Positions 43,446-53,482 of a stretch of DNA of 64,000 nucleotides are shown here, one piece after another. Below the pieces are notes generated by a model. It searched no databases. It worked only from the letters and a program-made list of their open reading frames with translations, and was not told the DNA's origin. The first letter of the stretch is position 1. The number at the start of each line of letters is the position of its first letter. The DNA lies in the NCBI GenBank assembly GCA_943788005.1, contig CALSOP010000003.1, positions 68,690-132,689 of the forward strand. The letters are read 5' to 3'. A program made the translations under genes and the position numbers. The DNA is from an uncultured Gammaproteobacteria bacterium. GTDB lineage: Bacteria > Pseudomonadota > Gammaproteobacteria > Eutrophobiales > Eutrophobiaceae.

Positions 43446-45362
43446 TTAGTTAAGTTTTCTCAGGGCTAATACGGTGACGTCGTCGCTTAATTTATTGGCC
43501 TGATAGGCTTTTACTGTTGCCAATGCAGAATCACAGAGTTCAAAAAGACTCATTTCTGCATTGGCAGATAATAATGTTTCAAAGTGCTGCTCTCCAAAAA
43601 ACTCACCTTCCGGAAGACGTGCTTCTAAAATTCCATCCGTATATAAAACAATCGTTTCATCTTTCTTGAGCTTTATCGTTTCTTCTCCAAACTCTGCATC
43701 TTCTAACATGCCAACTATTGTCCCGGTTGGTTCACCAAATTGCTCTACTGAGCCATCTTTGGTAATCAGATACGGTACAACATGACCGCCATTGGCATAA
43801 CACAGATCACCACTACTTATGCTGTACTCTGCAACAAATACCGTAACGAACATCGGTTGTTCTCGATCTTGTATCAATAGTTGATTTAATTCTGTCAGAA
43901 TTTGAGCAGGGCTATGACCTTTAGCTGCAAGGTTTCTTATATGCGTCCTGCTAACAGCCATCAATAACGCAGGTCCTACACCTTTCCCTAACACATCCGC
44001 TATAACGATAAATAAGCGACAAGAATCCAACAGAAAAAAATCAAAAAAATCACCAGCCACATGACTTGCAGCATGATTGATCCCATGCAAATCAAATTCA
44101 CTATAGTCAGGGAATGCTGGAAATTTATTTGGAATTAATGTTGATTGAATACTACGAGCAATGGTTAATTCATTTTCAACAGCATCTCGTGCGGCATACT
44201 GCTTTTTTAATTCATCAACATGTTGTCTGAGCTGCAGAGTCATATTATTAAATGCTCGACTCAACTGCCCTATTTCGTCTTTTGTTGTTATTCCTGTAAT
44301 ACTTGTTGTCAGATCGCCATCGGCTAGCTGTTTGACCGCATCAGTTAATATTTTAAGAGGTCGAGTTAGACTATTTGAAACTACCAGCACACAAATTATC
44401 GCGAGAACTAAAATAATACTGATACCAAGCACTGCGCGTTGAATTTGCATCTTTGCGAAAGCTAATACTTCTCGTTCTGGCAACCCAGTTTCAAAACCCC
44501 ACCCAGTAGATCTAATTGGCGCATAAAAAAGCCAGTAAGGCTCATCAATATCGGCAGATAATTTTTCAACTCTTACCTGACCACTTTTACCTTCACGTAC
44601 TTCTTTATTCAATAAAACTAAACCCGGGTCATTAATCTCTCGCGAAACATCTTGCAAAGTTTTAGACATTATTAAATCTGGATTTGGATGCGTAATAAAC
44701 CGTCCTTTCTTACTTGTAATAACGAAGGCATTATCCGTTAACGTTTCCAGACCTGAATGCTTTTGTAGTTTGGTTAAATCAATGTCGATAAAACTGACGC
44801 CTGCAAATTTATCTTCAAGGTGAAAAGGTACTGCAACGGTCGCTTTTATATTTTTCCCTAATGCTTCATCAATGTAAGGTTCAGACCAATTAATTGCATC
44901 AGTGGTTTTTGTTTCGAAATACCAATCCTCTTTTTTTAAATTCCTCGATTCATTTATTGCAAGGGGGCTGACTTCTCCCTCGCTATTCTTGTAAAAATAA
45001 ATTGATGATTTTTTATAGACATCCTTTTCAAAGATGACACCAACACCATAAATTTGGGTTTTACTCAAAAGCGCATTTTTCAAAACTGATAAGAGTAGAT
45101 CTTCACTCAAACTAGCATTATTTTCTAACATGCCCGCATTAACACTTGCCAGACTGGCTATTGCATTAAATTCAGATTCCAGAATCGCCGCATAATTCTT
45201 CGCTTGAATAATGACATTCTTAGACAATTGCTCTTCTGTAGACGTCGATATTTTTGAAATAGTAAAAAACACACCCAAAATAAAAAATAATATGATGGGA
45301 ATAACAATAAAAAGGATGAGCTTGACCTGTATTGAAGTAAACGGATTTGATGTTAGAGACAT
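43446..45362 (-). CDS. membrane sensor phosphatase: Cache-like periplasmic domain, HAMP, PP2C/SpoIIE phosphatase
   Basis: TM - ~270-aa extracytoplasmic domain - TM - HAMP (LTRPLKILTDAVKQLADGDLT…FNNMTLQL) - PP2C motifs (GDFFDF, IADVLGKG, YTDGILEA). Confidence 0.8.
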   Translation of the reverse strand: MSLTSNPFTSIQVKLILFIVIPIILFFILGVFFTISKISTSTEEQLSKNVIIQAKNYAAILESEFNAIASLASVNAGMLENNASLSEDLLLSVLKNALLSKTQIYGVGVIFEKDVYKKSSIYFYKNSEGEVSPLAINESRNLKKEDWYFETKTTDAINWSEPYIDEALGKNIKATVAVPFHLEDKFAGVSFIDIDLTKLQKHSGLETLTDNAFVITSKKGRFITHPNPDLIMSKTLQDVSREINDPGLVLLNKEVREGKSGQVRVEKLSADIDEPYWLFYAPIRSTGWGFETGLPEREVLAFAKMQIQRAVLGISIILVLAIICVLVVSNSLTRPLKILTDAVKQLADGDLTTSITGITTKDEIGQLSRAFNNMTLQLRQHVDELKKQYAARDAVENELTIARSIQSTLIPNKFPAFPDYSEFDLHGINHAASHVAGDFFDFFLLDSCRLFIVIADVLGKGVGPALLMAVSRTHIRNLAAKGHSPAQILTELNQLLIQDREQPMFVTVFVAEYSISSGDLCYANGGHVVPYLITKDGSVEQFGEPTGTIVGMLEDAEFGEETIKLKKDETIVLYTDGILEARLPEGEFFGEQHFETLLSANAEMSLFELCDSALATVKAYQANKLSDDVTVLALRKLN

Positions 45363-45458
45363 TATAAAAAATGATGGTTATTCTATGTTTATGAACGATT
45401 TTATATGTTATTTTTAACTTTATTAGAATGAAATAATAGCGTTATACTCTACATCCCT

Positions 45459-45923
45459 ATGAAAACGTCCATAAAATCCAACTTACACAAGCTTATCACC
45501 GCCCTATTATGCGCTTTCGCTTTCAGCGGAAACGCTATTGCGAACGCAGAGTCTGAAAAATTATTTAATAGCGGCTTGGCTCATTTTGAAGACGAAAAGT
45601 ACATTGAAGCGATAAAAAAACTTGAGGTTGCTGTCGAAATAGAGCCGCAAGTCGCTGAATACCATCATGTTTTAGCAAAAAGCTATGGCCGTGAAGCAGA
45701 AAGAACTAACTGGTTCAAAGCTGTCAGTTATGCAAAGCAAACGCTGGTTCACCTTGAAATTGCAGCAGAGCTAGATGGTCAAAACATTGATATCCTTGAG
45801 GATCTGATGGATTACTACCGGGAAGCACCTGGGTTTTTAGGTGGTGACACAGCGAAAGCCAATAAAATTGAAGATATAATCAATAAAATCAGCAATAGCG
45901 AAAATTTGGCCAAATTTGAATAA
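45459..45923 (+). CDS. secreted TPR-like helical repeat protein
   Basis: Signal peptide (…GNAIANA) and TPR-like pairs (FNSGLAHFEDEKYIEAIKKLEVAVEIEPQVAEYHHVLAKSY). Confidence 0.4.
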   Translation: MKTSIKSNLHKLITALLCAFAFSGNAIANAESEKLFNSGLAHFEDEKYIEAIKKLEVAVEIEPQVAEYHHVLAKSYGREAERTNWFKAVSYAKQTLVHLEIAAELDGQNIDILEDLMDYYREAPGFLGGDTAKANKIEDIINKISNSENLAKFE

Positions 45924-46079
45924 ATATTGCGTGCCCATATGGACATGAGGTATCAATTAGTGAACGTTCATACTGTTTATAAGTTAATAGTTCTGTTGGA
46001 TTGCACTTATACTTGTATTGATAGTCATTAGTAGATAAATAACTATCTTCATTAATAGACAAACCGAGTATTACTTATC

Positions 46080-48212
46080 TTGAAAAATATTAGACAACTC
46101 TTCTTATTTGCCGGCACACTGCTCTTAGTCTTTTCTAATGTCAGTGCGGACATTAAAACAGTACCTGCCTCAGCACTAGAACCAGCGAGTAAACATATAC
46201 GGGCAAGTGAATTAATAACGCATATCTTAACAACCTACCATTACAAAAAAACCGAGCTCGACGACGATCTTTCTGCATTAATTTACAAGCACTATCTGGA
46301 AAACCTTGATCAGAACAAGGCCTATTTTCTAAAAACAGATATTGATGAGTTTGATCAGTATAAATACGAAATTGATGATGCCATTCTCAGATCAGACTTG
46401 GATCCTGCCTTTGAAATATTCAAACGCTATCGCAAGCGTGTTGATGAACGCATAAAGTTTGCGCTAAATACAATTAACACCGATTTTGATTTTGCTATTG
46501 ATGAAACCTATCGCTTTGATCGTCGTGAAGATGATTGGTTCGCAAACAAAGATGATCTGGACAAGCTTTGGCATAAACGTGTCAAAAACGATGTGTTGAA
46601 TTTAAAACTCACCAAAAAAGAACCTGATGAAATTAAAGAAACCTTAACAGACCGCTACAACCGCATACTTAGCAGCACGCTACAACTGAACTCAAATGAT
46701 GTATTTCAGTCGTTTATTAATGCCTATACCACAGCGATAGAACCACATACTGCCTATTTTTCACCCCGCACATCAGAAAACTTCGATATAAGCATGCGCT
46801 TATCGTTAGAAGGCATCGGCGCTGTATTACGTGGTGACAATGATTACACGCAAGTTGTAAAAATCATTAAAGGTGGGCCCGCAGACTTGAGTAATGAGTT
46901 AAAAGCAGACGACAGGATTGTCGGCGTTGGACAGGATAAGGATGGCAAGATAGTCGACGTGATTGGCTGGCGTCTGGATGATGTGGTTGACCTTATTCGA
47001 GGTCCTAAAGATAGCATAATAAGAATTGAGGTTTTACCTAAAGATATCGGTGTTGAAGGCACATCTAAAATAGTAACGATGACACGCGATAAGATAAAGC
47101 TTGAGGAACAAGACGCCAGTTCAAGTATTATCGATGTGCCCGACACAGATACGCGTATTGGCGTGATTAACCTTCCTACCTTCTATATAGACTTTGCTGC
47201 ACAAGCAGAAGGCAAGAAAGATTACAAAAGCACTTCTCGGGATGTCCGCAAATTGATTAAATCCATGGTTAAGGAAAATATTTCTGGATTAATTATCGAC
47301 TTACGTAGTAATGGCGGGGGGTCATTGTCAGAAGCTTTGGAATTAACCGGCCTTTTTATCGACAGAGGACCTGTTGTTCAAACCAAGGATGCATCCGGCA
47401 GAGTTGATATTAATTACGATCCAGAACCCGGTATTAGCTACCCCGGACCATTAGCGGTATTGGTAGATCGTAATAGCGCATCGGCCTCTGAAATTTTTGC
47501 CGGTGCTATCCAGGATTATCACAGAGGCATCATTATTGGCGAGCCCACATTTGGCAAAGGCACTGTGCAAAATGTCATAGACCTGAATCGTTTTATTAAA
47601 GATAGCGATGAAGACCACGGCCGTTTAAAAACAACAATTGCACAATTTTTCCGTGTAAGTGGTGGCAGTAATCAACATAAAGGTGTCGTACCCGATATAA
47701 TTTTTCCAACAGCAGAAGATTCTTCCGATCAAGGAGAACGTGCTTATGAAAATGCTTTACCATGGGACCAAGTGAAGCCAGCACGATACTATCCAACTAG
47801 TGCCCCTATAGATAGATTTGAAATTGCTAAAGTAGAACACGAGAAAAGAATCAAAGAAAATAAATTATTTCAGTTGTTAATGGACGACTTGAATGTAAAG
47901 CGTGAAGCTAGCGATAAAAAGGAAATCTCACTACTGGAAAGCAAACGCAAGACGGAACGTGAAGAGTTATTAACTGCAAAAAAAGATATACAAAATGCCA
48001 TGCGTGTTGAAAAAGGATTGCCGCCGCTGGATGATACAGAAGAAGAACTGGATGCATCTGATGAAGAAAGCGAAGAAGATGATCCAATAGATATCTTACT
48101 AAATGAAACTGCAGAGATATTAAATGACTTAATATCACCGCCAAAAGAGAACACAGTTGATACAAGAACGGTACATGTTAAAAAAACCGCAGCAACAAAT
48201 AACAATCTGTAA
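46080..48212 (+). CDS. prc: tail-specific (C-terminal processing) protease Prc
   Basis: TTG start and signal peptide, a PDZ domain (GIGAVL…VVKIIKGGPA), the S41 catalytic region (LVDRNSASASEIFAGAIQDY, …GKGTVQ), and an acidic C-terminal tail. Confidence 0.9.
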   Translation: MKNIRQLFLFAGTLLLVFSNVSADIKTVPASALEPASKHIRASELITHILTTYHYKKTELDDDLSALIYKHYLENLDQNKAYFLKTDIDEFDQYKYEIDDAILRSDLDPAFEIFKRYRKRVDERIKFALNTINTDFDFAIDETYRFDRREDDWFANKDDLDKLWHKRVKNDVLNLKLTKKEPDEIKETLTDRYNRILSSTLQLNSNDVFQSFINAYTTAIEPHTAYFSPRTSENFDISMRLSLEGIGAVLRGDNDYTQVVKIIKGGPADLSNELKADDRIVGVGQDKDGKIVDVIGWRLDDVVDLIRGPKDSIIRIEVLPKDIGVEGTSKIVTMTRDKIKLEEQDASSSIIDVPDTDTRIGVINLPTFYIDFAAQAEGKKDYKSTSRDVRKLIKSMVKENISGLIIDLRSNGGGSLSEALELTGLFIDRGPVVQTKDASGRVDINYDPEPGISYPGPLAVLVDRNSASASEIFAGAIQDYHRGIIIGEPTFGKGTVQNVIDLNRFIKDSDEDHGRLKTTIAQFFRVSGGSNQHKGVVPDIIFPTAEDSSDQGERAYENALPWDQVKPARYYPTSAPIDRFEIAKVEHEKRIKENKLFQLLMDDLNVKREASDKKEISLLESKRKTEREELLTAKKDIQNAMRVEKGLPPLDDTEEELDASDEESEEDDPIDILLNETAEILNDLISPPKENTVDTRTVHVKKTAATNNNL

Positions 48213-48279
48213 AAATCATTCAATATAACCTTGGCTGAAACATATTTGTTTCACTACTCAATAGTATTTAGGGAGAGTT

Positions 48280-49308
48280 GTCATTAAAACTACACCAGCA
48301 ACATTAATTGAGGGCGACGGCATTGGGCCAGAGATCCTTGACGCTACAATAGAAATTCTAGATGCACTTGGTGCAAAGTTTGAATGGCACCGATTTAAAG
48401 CAGGACTATCCGCCTTTGAAGAATTTGGCGATCCCCTGCCTCAAGCAATGATGGATAATATCCGTGAAACAAGGCTTGCACTGAAAGCACCTCTGGGCAC
48501 GCCTATCGGAGATGGCTTTCGCTCTGCGAATGTTCGTTTACGAGAAGAATTTAAATTATATGCGAATGTTCGACCAGCAGTATCCTATCTCCATGATCGC
48601 CGCCGTTATGACAATATTGATATCGTTCTAATTCGTGAGAATACACAAGGCTTTTATGTCGGTGTTGAGCATTACATTCCTATTGACGATGACCCGAAGG
48701 CTGTTGCTGAAGCATCAGGTATTATTACTCGCTCAGGTTGTCGCAAGATTGCAAAATATACGTTTGATTACGCTATTAAAAACAATCGTAAAAAAATCAC
48801 GATTGTACATAAGGCAAACATCCTAAAAAAACTGACAGGGCTATTCCTTGAAACGGCAAGACAAGTGAGTGAGGAAAAGAAATATTCAGGTTTAGTGATT
48901 GAAGATCGCATTGTTGATAACACTGCTATGCAACTGGTTACTAATCCAGCGCAATTCGACATGATCTTAACCACTAATATGTTTGGTGACATACTCTCTG
49001 ATGAAATTGCCGGTTTGATTGGTGGACTTGGCCTCGCGCCAGGTGGAAATATTGGTGAAGACGCGGCTATCTTTGAAGCCGTTCACGGCACAGCTCCCGA
49101 TATTGCTGGACAGGGTATTGCTAACCCAACTGCCCTACTTCTTGCCGCTGCAATGATGCTAGATCACATAGAAGAAAAACCACTAGGTGACCGCTTACGT
49201 GACGCGATTAAAGCAGCCCTAAGTGATCCAAAAACACGTACGGGTGATCTTCAAGGATCGGCAAATACAAAAGAATATACGAAAGCGGTAATTGACTATT
49301 TAAATTAA
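48280..49308 (+). CDS. NAD-dependent isocitrate dehydrogenase-type beta-decarboxylating dehydrogenase; 5' end lacks a canonical start codon
   Basis: The frame is open from 48265. The conserved N-terminus (V)IKTTPATLIEGDGIGPEILDATIEILDA lies upstream of the first ATG (48448) used by the ORF track. Further motifs are LRKEF-like LREEFKLYANVRP, IVLIRENTQGFY and NMFGDILSDE. SD GGGAGAG lies at 48271-48277, and the only plausible initiator is ATT at 48283. Confidence 0.75.
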   Translation, partial: VIKTTPATLIEGDGIGPEILDATIEILDALGAKFEWHRFKAGLSAFEEFGDPLPQAMMDNIRETRLALKAPLGTPIGDGFRSANVRLREEFKLYANVRPAVSYLHDRRRYDNIDIVLIRENTQGFYVGVEHYIPIDDDPKAVAEASGIITRSGCRKIAKYTFDYAIKNNRKKITIVHKANILKKLTGLFLETARQVSEEKKYSGLVIEDRIVDNTAMQLVTNPAQFDMILTTNMFGDILSDEIAGLIGGLGLAPGGNIGEDAAIFEAVHGTAPDIAGQGIANPTALLLAAAMMLDHIEEKPLGDRLRDAIKAALSDPKTRTGDLQGSANTKEYTKAVIDYLN

Positions 49309-49375
49309 GTATTCATTCAACAGGCTTTTCAATAAGGAAAGTGCTAAACATCACACGTTGTCTTGACGGTTCTTA

Positions 49376-51376
49376 TCAAAGAAAGGTTACTGGCTCAATC
49401 TTGTCCGCACATTGAAAATTGAATATTGTCGAATAGAAATATAATTCTGACTCTAATGTTCGTTTAATATTCTTGGCTTGTCGAAAGCCATGTTGTTCAC
49501 CCTCGTAGGCGAGGTACGCAACAGGGATTCCTTTTTCTTTTAGTGCATCGACCATCATCTCTGCCTGGTTGGGTAATACTATCTTGTCTTCCAAACCCTG
49601 AAAAAAAATGACAGGACAGGATAATTTTTCTACCGCATTAACGGGTGAACGTTCTTTGTATATCTGTTGTTGTTCGGGATATGCACCAATGAGTGTGTCC
49701 AGATATCGGGATTCAAACTTATGTGTTTCTTTTGCCAAGGCTTCAAGATCACTAACGCCATAGTGACTAGCGCCAGCCTTAAAGACATCAGTAAATGCTA
49801 ACGCGGCTAGTGTTGTAAACCCTCCTGCACTACCACCACGAATCGCTAGTCGATCTTTATCAACCCAACCTTGTTCGGCAACGTACATAGCAGCCTTACT
49901 ACAATCATTAACATCTACGATACCCCAGTTACCGTTTAGTCGTTGTCGATACTCCCGACCATAACCACTGCTGCCACCGTAGTTCACATCAAGTACGGCA
50001 AAACCACGGCTGCTAAAGAATTGTGCCACCATTTTAAGTCCGTTGTGTGATTCTCCAGTTGGTCCACCATGGCTCATCACTATCAATGGTGGTTTTTCGT
50101 CATCAAGCCCGGTGAAGTATCTATTCTGTGGTCGATAGAAAATAGCATGAGCATTTTTATCTTCACCAACAGGGAAGCTGATACTTTCACCAACGGAGAT
50201 ATATTTTTGATCCAGGCGAATGGTATTTGATTTTTGAATGACATTACAACTTTGCTGTTCAATGTCATATTGAATGATCGATGCAAATTCACTCGGAGAT
50301 GCTGCCAAAAAACAGGCGGTATCTTGGTTACAGACTAGCGATTCAATATCGGTATAGGGAAGAGACAAGGTCTCAAGATTTTTTTTATCCGCATTGATCA
50401 CCGCAAGATATGCCAAGCCTTGTTCCCTATAGACCGCCATGATTGAATTATTATCTCTAAAGTCATAATTACATTCACGAAATGACCATTGAGGCACGGC
50501 GAACTCTGCGTCACGTTCTATAACACATTCAATACCCTTTTCATTCAAGCGATATAAATTCCACCAATTGTTTCTATCGGATATAAAGTAAAGTGTGTCA
50601 TCAGGACTCCACAAGGGTTGGCAAACCGCCTCATTATCATCACCTCCGGCAATGAAGTTTGCTTCTCCTAATTCACCTGCACTATTAATCTCCACAACAA
50701 ATAAACTGGTATTATCCCATGGCATATTGGGGTGCAACCAACTAATCCAGCACAATTGCTGTCCATCGTGACTCAGTCTTGGATTTGAATAGAAATCAGC
50801 TCCGCTTTGGAGAATGATTTCGCCTCCAGTCTCTAGTAATGGCACAGCAACTATTGTATTGATTGGTTCTCTAGTTTTGTCAGAGTGGTCTTCTCGTACA
50901 CAAATCAATCGTTCTCGATGGCTATCGTAGATCATATCTGCATAGCGACAGTCTTCTTGAGCAGTGAGTTTTTTACATTTGTTTTTAGCGTCTACTAAAT
51001 ACAAACATTGATCAGTGAAGTTAGAAAAGATTACTCCTCGTTCTGTCACAAGGTATGAACCACCACCGTATTCATGCACACGTGTACGCGCGTTATATTC
51101 AGCAGGAATGACATCTGATTCCTGTCCATCGGTTGTTCGTTTCACAACAACATAACGACCACCTTCATTGGCACGCATCTCGACCCAGTAAATATCATCG
51201 TCAAAAATACTAATTTCACCTAAGCCAACACTGCTATTCAGCATCAAGTCGGTTGTGATCGTTGATTCCCAGGAACCAAAAGCTTTATTTTGCTTTGTAA
51301 ACACGGGTTTTTTCGGTTTATACATAGGATGATTGCGTCTTGTTATTGTGTTAAAACAAGTATAATAGCGAATCAC
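49376..51376 (-). CDS. S9 family serine peptidase (beta-propeller + prolyl oligopeptidase/acylaminoacyl-peptidase catalytic domain)
   Basis: Nucleophile elbow IRGGSAGGF, with later D and H (FFQGLEDKIV, EGEQHGF). The likely true start is MYKPKK at 51328. Confidence 0.85.
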   Translation of the reverse strand: MIRYYTCFNTITRRNHPMYKPKKPVFTKQNKAFGSWESTITTDLMLNSSVGLGEISIFDDDIYWVEMRANEGGRYVVVKRTTDGQESDVIPAEYNARTRVHEYGGGSYLVTERGVIFSNFTDQCLYLVDAKNKCKKLTAQEDCRYADMIYDSHRERLICVREDHSDKTREPINTIVAVPLLETGGEIILQSGADFYSNPRLSHDGQQLCWISWLHPNMPWDNTSLFVVEINSAGELGEANFIAGGDDNEAVCQPLWSPDDTLYFISDRNNWWNLYRLNEKGIECVIERDAEFAVPQWSFRECNYDFRDNNSIMAVYREQGLAYLAVINADKKNLETLSLPYTDIESLVCNQDTACFLAASPSEFASIIQYDIEQQSCNVIQKSNTIRLDQKYISVGESISFPVGEDKNAHAIFYRPQNRYFTGLDDEKPPLIVMSHGGPTGESHNGLKMVAQFFSSRGFAVLDVNYGGSSGYGREYRQRLNGNWGIVDVNDCSKAAMYVAEQGWVDKDRLAIRGGSAGGFTTLAALAFTDVFKAGASHYGVSDLEALAKETHKFESRYLDTLIGAYPEQQQIYKERSPVNAVEKLSCPVIFFQGLEDKIVLPNQAEMMVDALKEKGIPVAYLAYEGEQHGFRQAKNIKRTLESELYFYSTIFNFQCADKIEPVTFL

Positions 51377-51405
51377 TTAGTAACGGGCATTAAAACTTTA
51401 TTTAA

Positions 51406-52350
51406 ATGAAGACAGGCTTTGTACAAGACGCACTATTTCTGCAACACGACACCGGAGATGGACACCCGGAATGTAGTGCGCGTTTATCTGTAGTATTAAA
51501 ATACCTTGAAACTCAGACTTGGTTCGAATCCTTGACTCAAATTGAGGCAAACTCAGCAGAACTAGAACAGATAATAAGAGTCCATGATACTGATTATGTA
51601 AGACGTGCTGAAGAAGTCTGTCGTTCTGGCAACAGTCACCTGGATTCAATGGATGTCAGTGTGTGCATCGAGTCGTTCGACATAGCTTTGCTTGCAGCAG
51701 GCAGCTCGATTCGACTTGCAGATAAGGTAATTAATAAAACTGTCGATAATGCCTTTGCTCTGATTCGTCCACCTGGACACCATGCAGAAATGTCCATGGC
51801 AATGGGTTTTTGTATATTTAATAATATTGCTGTTCTAGCACGTTATCTCCAAAATACACATGGCGTTGATAAAATTGCTATCATCGATTGGGACGTGCAC
51901 CACGGAAACGGCACACAACATTTATTTGAAGAAGACCCATCGGTTTTATACATTAGCACACACCAATACCCTTTCTATCCGGGCACTGGAAGCTATTCTG
52001 AAACAGGGATTGGTAGAGGTAGCGGGACAACATTAAACTGTCCAATGCCGATAGGTGCTACCGACAGGGATTATGATAAAGTTTTTATGCAAGCTATCTT
52101 GCCCAAACTAGACAATTTCAAGCCAGAGTTCATTCTGATCTCTGCTGGTTTTGATGCGCACCAAGCTGATCCTTTGGCAAATATAAATCTATCTACAGAC
52201 TCATTTGTCTGGATGACAGAACGTATCATGGAAAAAGCCGATCATCATTGTGAAAATCGAATTATTTCTTTACTCGAAGGCGGTTATAATTTGCAGGCTT
52301 TACCATTATGTATTGGGAAGCACCTTGAAACACTTTTACAACATTCATAG
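51406..52350 (+). CDS. histone deacetylase-family (acetoin utilisation/acetylpolyamine amidohydrolase-like) protein
   Basis: RPPGHHA, DWDVHHGNGTQ, SAGFDAH and EGGY motifs. Confidence 0.85.
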   Translation: MKTGFVQDALFLQHDTGDGHPECSARLSVVLKYLETQTWFESLTQIEANSAELEQIIRVHDTDYVRRAEEVCRSGNSHLDSMDVSVCIESFDIALLAAGSSIRLADKVINKTVDNAFALIRPPGHHAEMSMAMGFCIFNNIAVLARYLQNTHGVDKIAIIDWDVHHGNGTQHLFEEDPSVLYISTHQYPFYPGTGSYSETGIGRGSGTTLNCPMPIGATDRDYDKVFMQAILPKLDNFKPEFILISAGFDAHQADPLANINLSTDSFVWMTERIMEKADHHCENRIISLLEGGYNLQALPLCIGKHLETLLQHS

Positions 52351-52374
52351 AAAATAATTTTTATTCACATTATT

Positions 52375-53058
52375 ATGATCAAACAATTATTTTTAAAAAT
52401 AAGTCTGTTTTTACTCTACACAAGTTCTTCACTAGCAAGCACTGATAGTAGTTTACTACCCATGTATGGTGGTGAAGACAGAAAAAATAACCCCGAGTTT
52501 TTGAAAAAAGATAATGAATTTATCTTAAAATCCACACAGTCATTTAGTAGTCGCGAACACGCTGCTGAAGGCTATGTTGAACGTGGTTTCGAAATGTATA
52601 GTCAGGGAAAATTTGATGACGCGATGCAACGTTTCAATCAAGCATGGTTATTAAATCCAGATAACGCATATATCTATCTTGGTTATGGCTTACTGTATAA
52701 TAATGAAAAAAAAACCTGCATGGCCGTAGCAATGTTTATGCAAGCGCATAAGAAAGGCTTAAATGAAAGTGGTTTCCTGTCAGATTATGCCTATACAACT
52801 ACAAATTGTGCTTTAACTAAAGAAAACCAACTACAAAAAGAATTATTTAGTGACGCAAATGATTTACATACGCAGTCGAGCCAATCACCAAACAAAGCAT
52901 TGCAAGCCTATGCTTATCACTCATGGGCAAAGTCTTATTTTTTACAAAATGATTTTTCAAATTCACAAAAAATGTTAGAACAATCAAAAAGCCTTGGCGG
53001 AAATACTGATATTCAATTTGAGCATTCTTTAAAAGAAAGATTAAGGGAGTCCAAATAA
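52375..53058 (+). CDS. secreted TPR repeat protein
   Basis: Signal peptide and TPR-like segments (GFEMYSQGKFDDAMQRFNQAWLLNPDNAYIYLGYGLLY). Confidence 0.45.
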   Translation: MIKQLFLKISLFLLYTSSSLASTDSSLLPMYGGEDRKNNPEFLKKDNEFILKSTQSFSSREHAAEGYVERGFEMYSQGKFDDAMQRFNQAWLLNPDNAYIYLGYGLLYNNEKKTCMAVAMFMQAHKKGLNESGFLSDYAYTTTNCALTKENQLQKELFSDANDLHTQSSQSPNKALQAYAYHSWAKSYFLQNDFSNSQKMLEQSKSLGGNTDIQFEHSLKERLRESK

Positions 53059-53059
53059 A

Positions 53060-53426
53060 ATGAATGCTCTCATTATTTTGGCTCATGGAAGCCGCCGACA
53101 TGAATCCAATGAAGAGATCGTAGCACTTACCAAAGAAGTGAAAGCTTATTCTAGTGATGATTACGATATTATTGAATACGCTTATTTGGAGTTGGCAAAA
53201 CCTAATCTTCTTCAGTGTATTGACAATGTCATTATCGATGGCGCATCTAACATTACCGTTTTCCCCGTATTTTTTGAATTCGGGGAACCATGTTACACGT
53301 GACATTCCAGGCATCATTGAAACTGCTACTACTCAATATCCAGATTGTCGTTTTAGTGTATCGACATTTATCGGTACGCACAGAGATATGCCAAAGCTTA
53401 TTTTGGAACTTGCGAAGCATAAGTAG
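53060..53426 (+). pseudogene. CbiX/SirB-type (sirohydrochlorin) chelatase, single frame break at T6 run
   Basis: MNALIILAHGSRR… joins …VFPVFL|NSGNHVTRDIP… if one T is removed from the T6 run at 53270-53275. Otherwise it is split into ORFs 53060..53302 and 53154..53426. Confidence 0.65.
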
Positions 53427-53482
53427 GCACTTGACCATAAGCCTGTTTATACAAAAATGTCGTATCTGATATAGTACGCGCC

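Noticed and set aside
47870-48223. 117-aa Ser-rich minus-strand ORF (also 47908..48165)
   Set aside because: It is an antisense shadow of the acidic, repeat-like C-terminal tail of prc.
51521-51531. GGTTCGAATCC, the canonical tRNA T-loop sequence
   Set aside because: It lies inside the HDAC-family coding frame (…TWFESL…). The flanks cannot form a T-stem (cttGG/CCttg pairs only 2 bp), and no acceptor or anticodon arms are evident.
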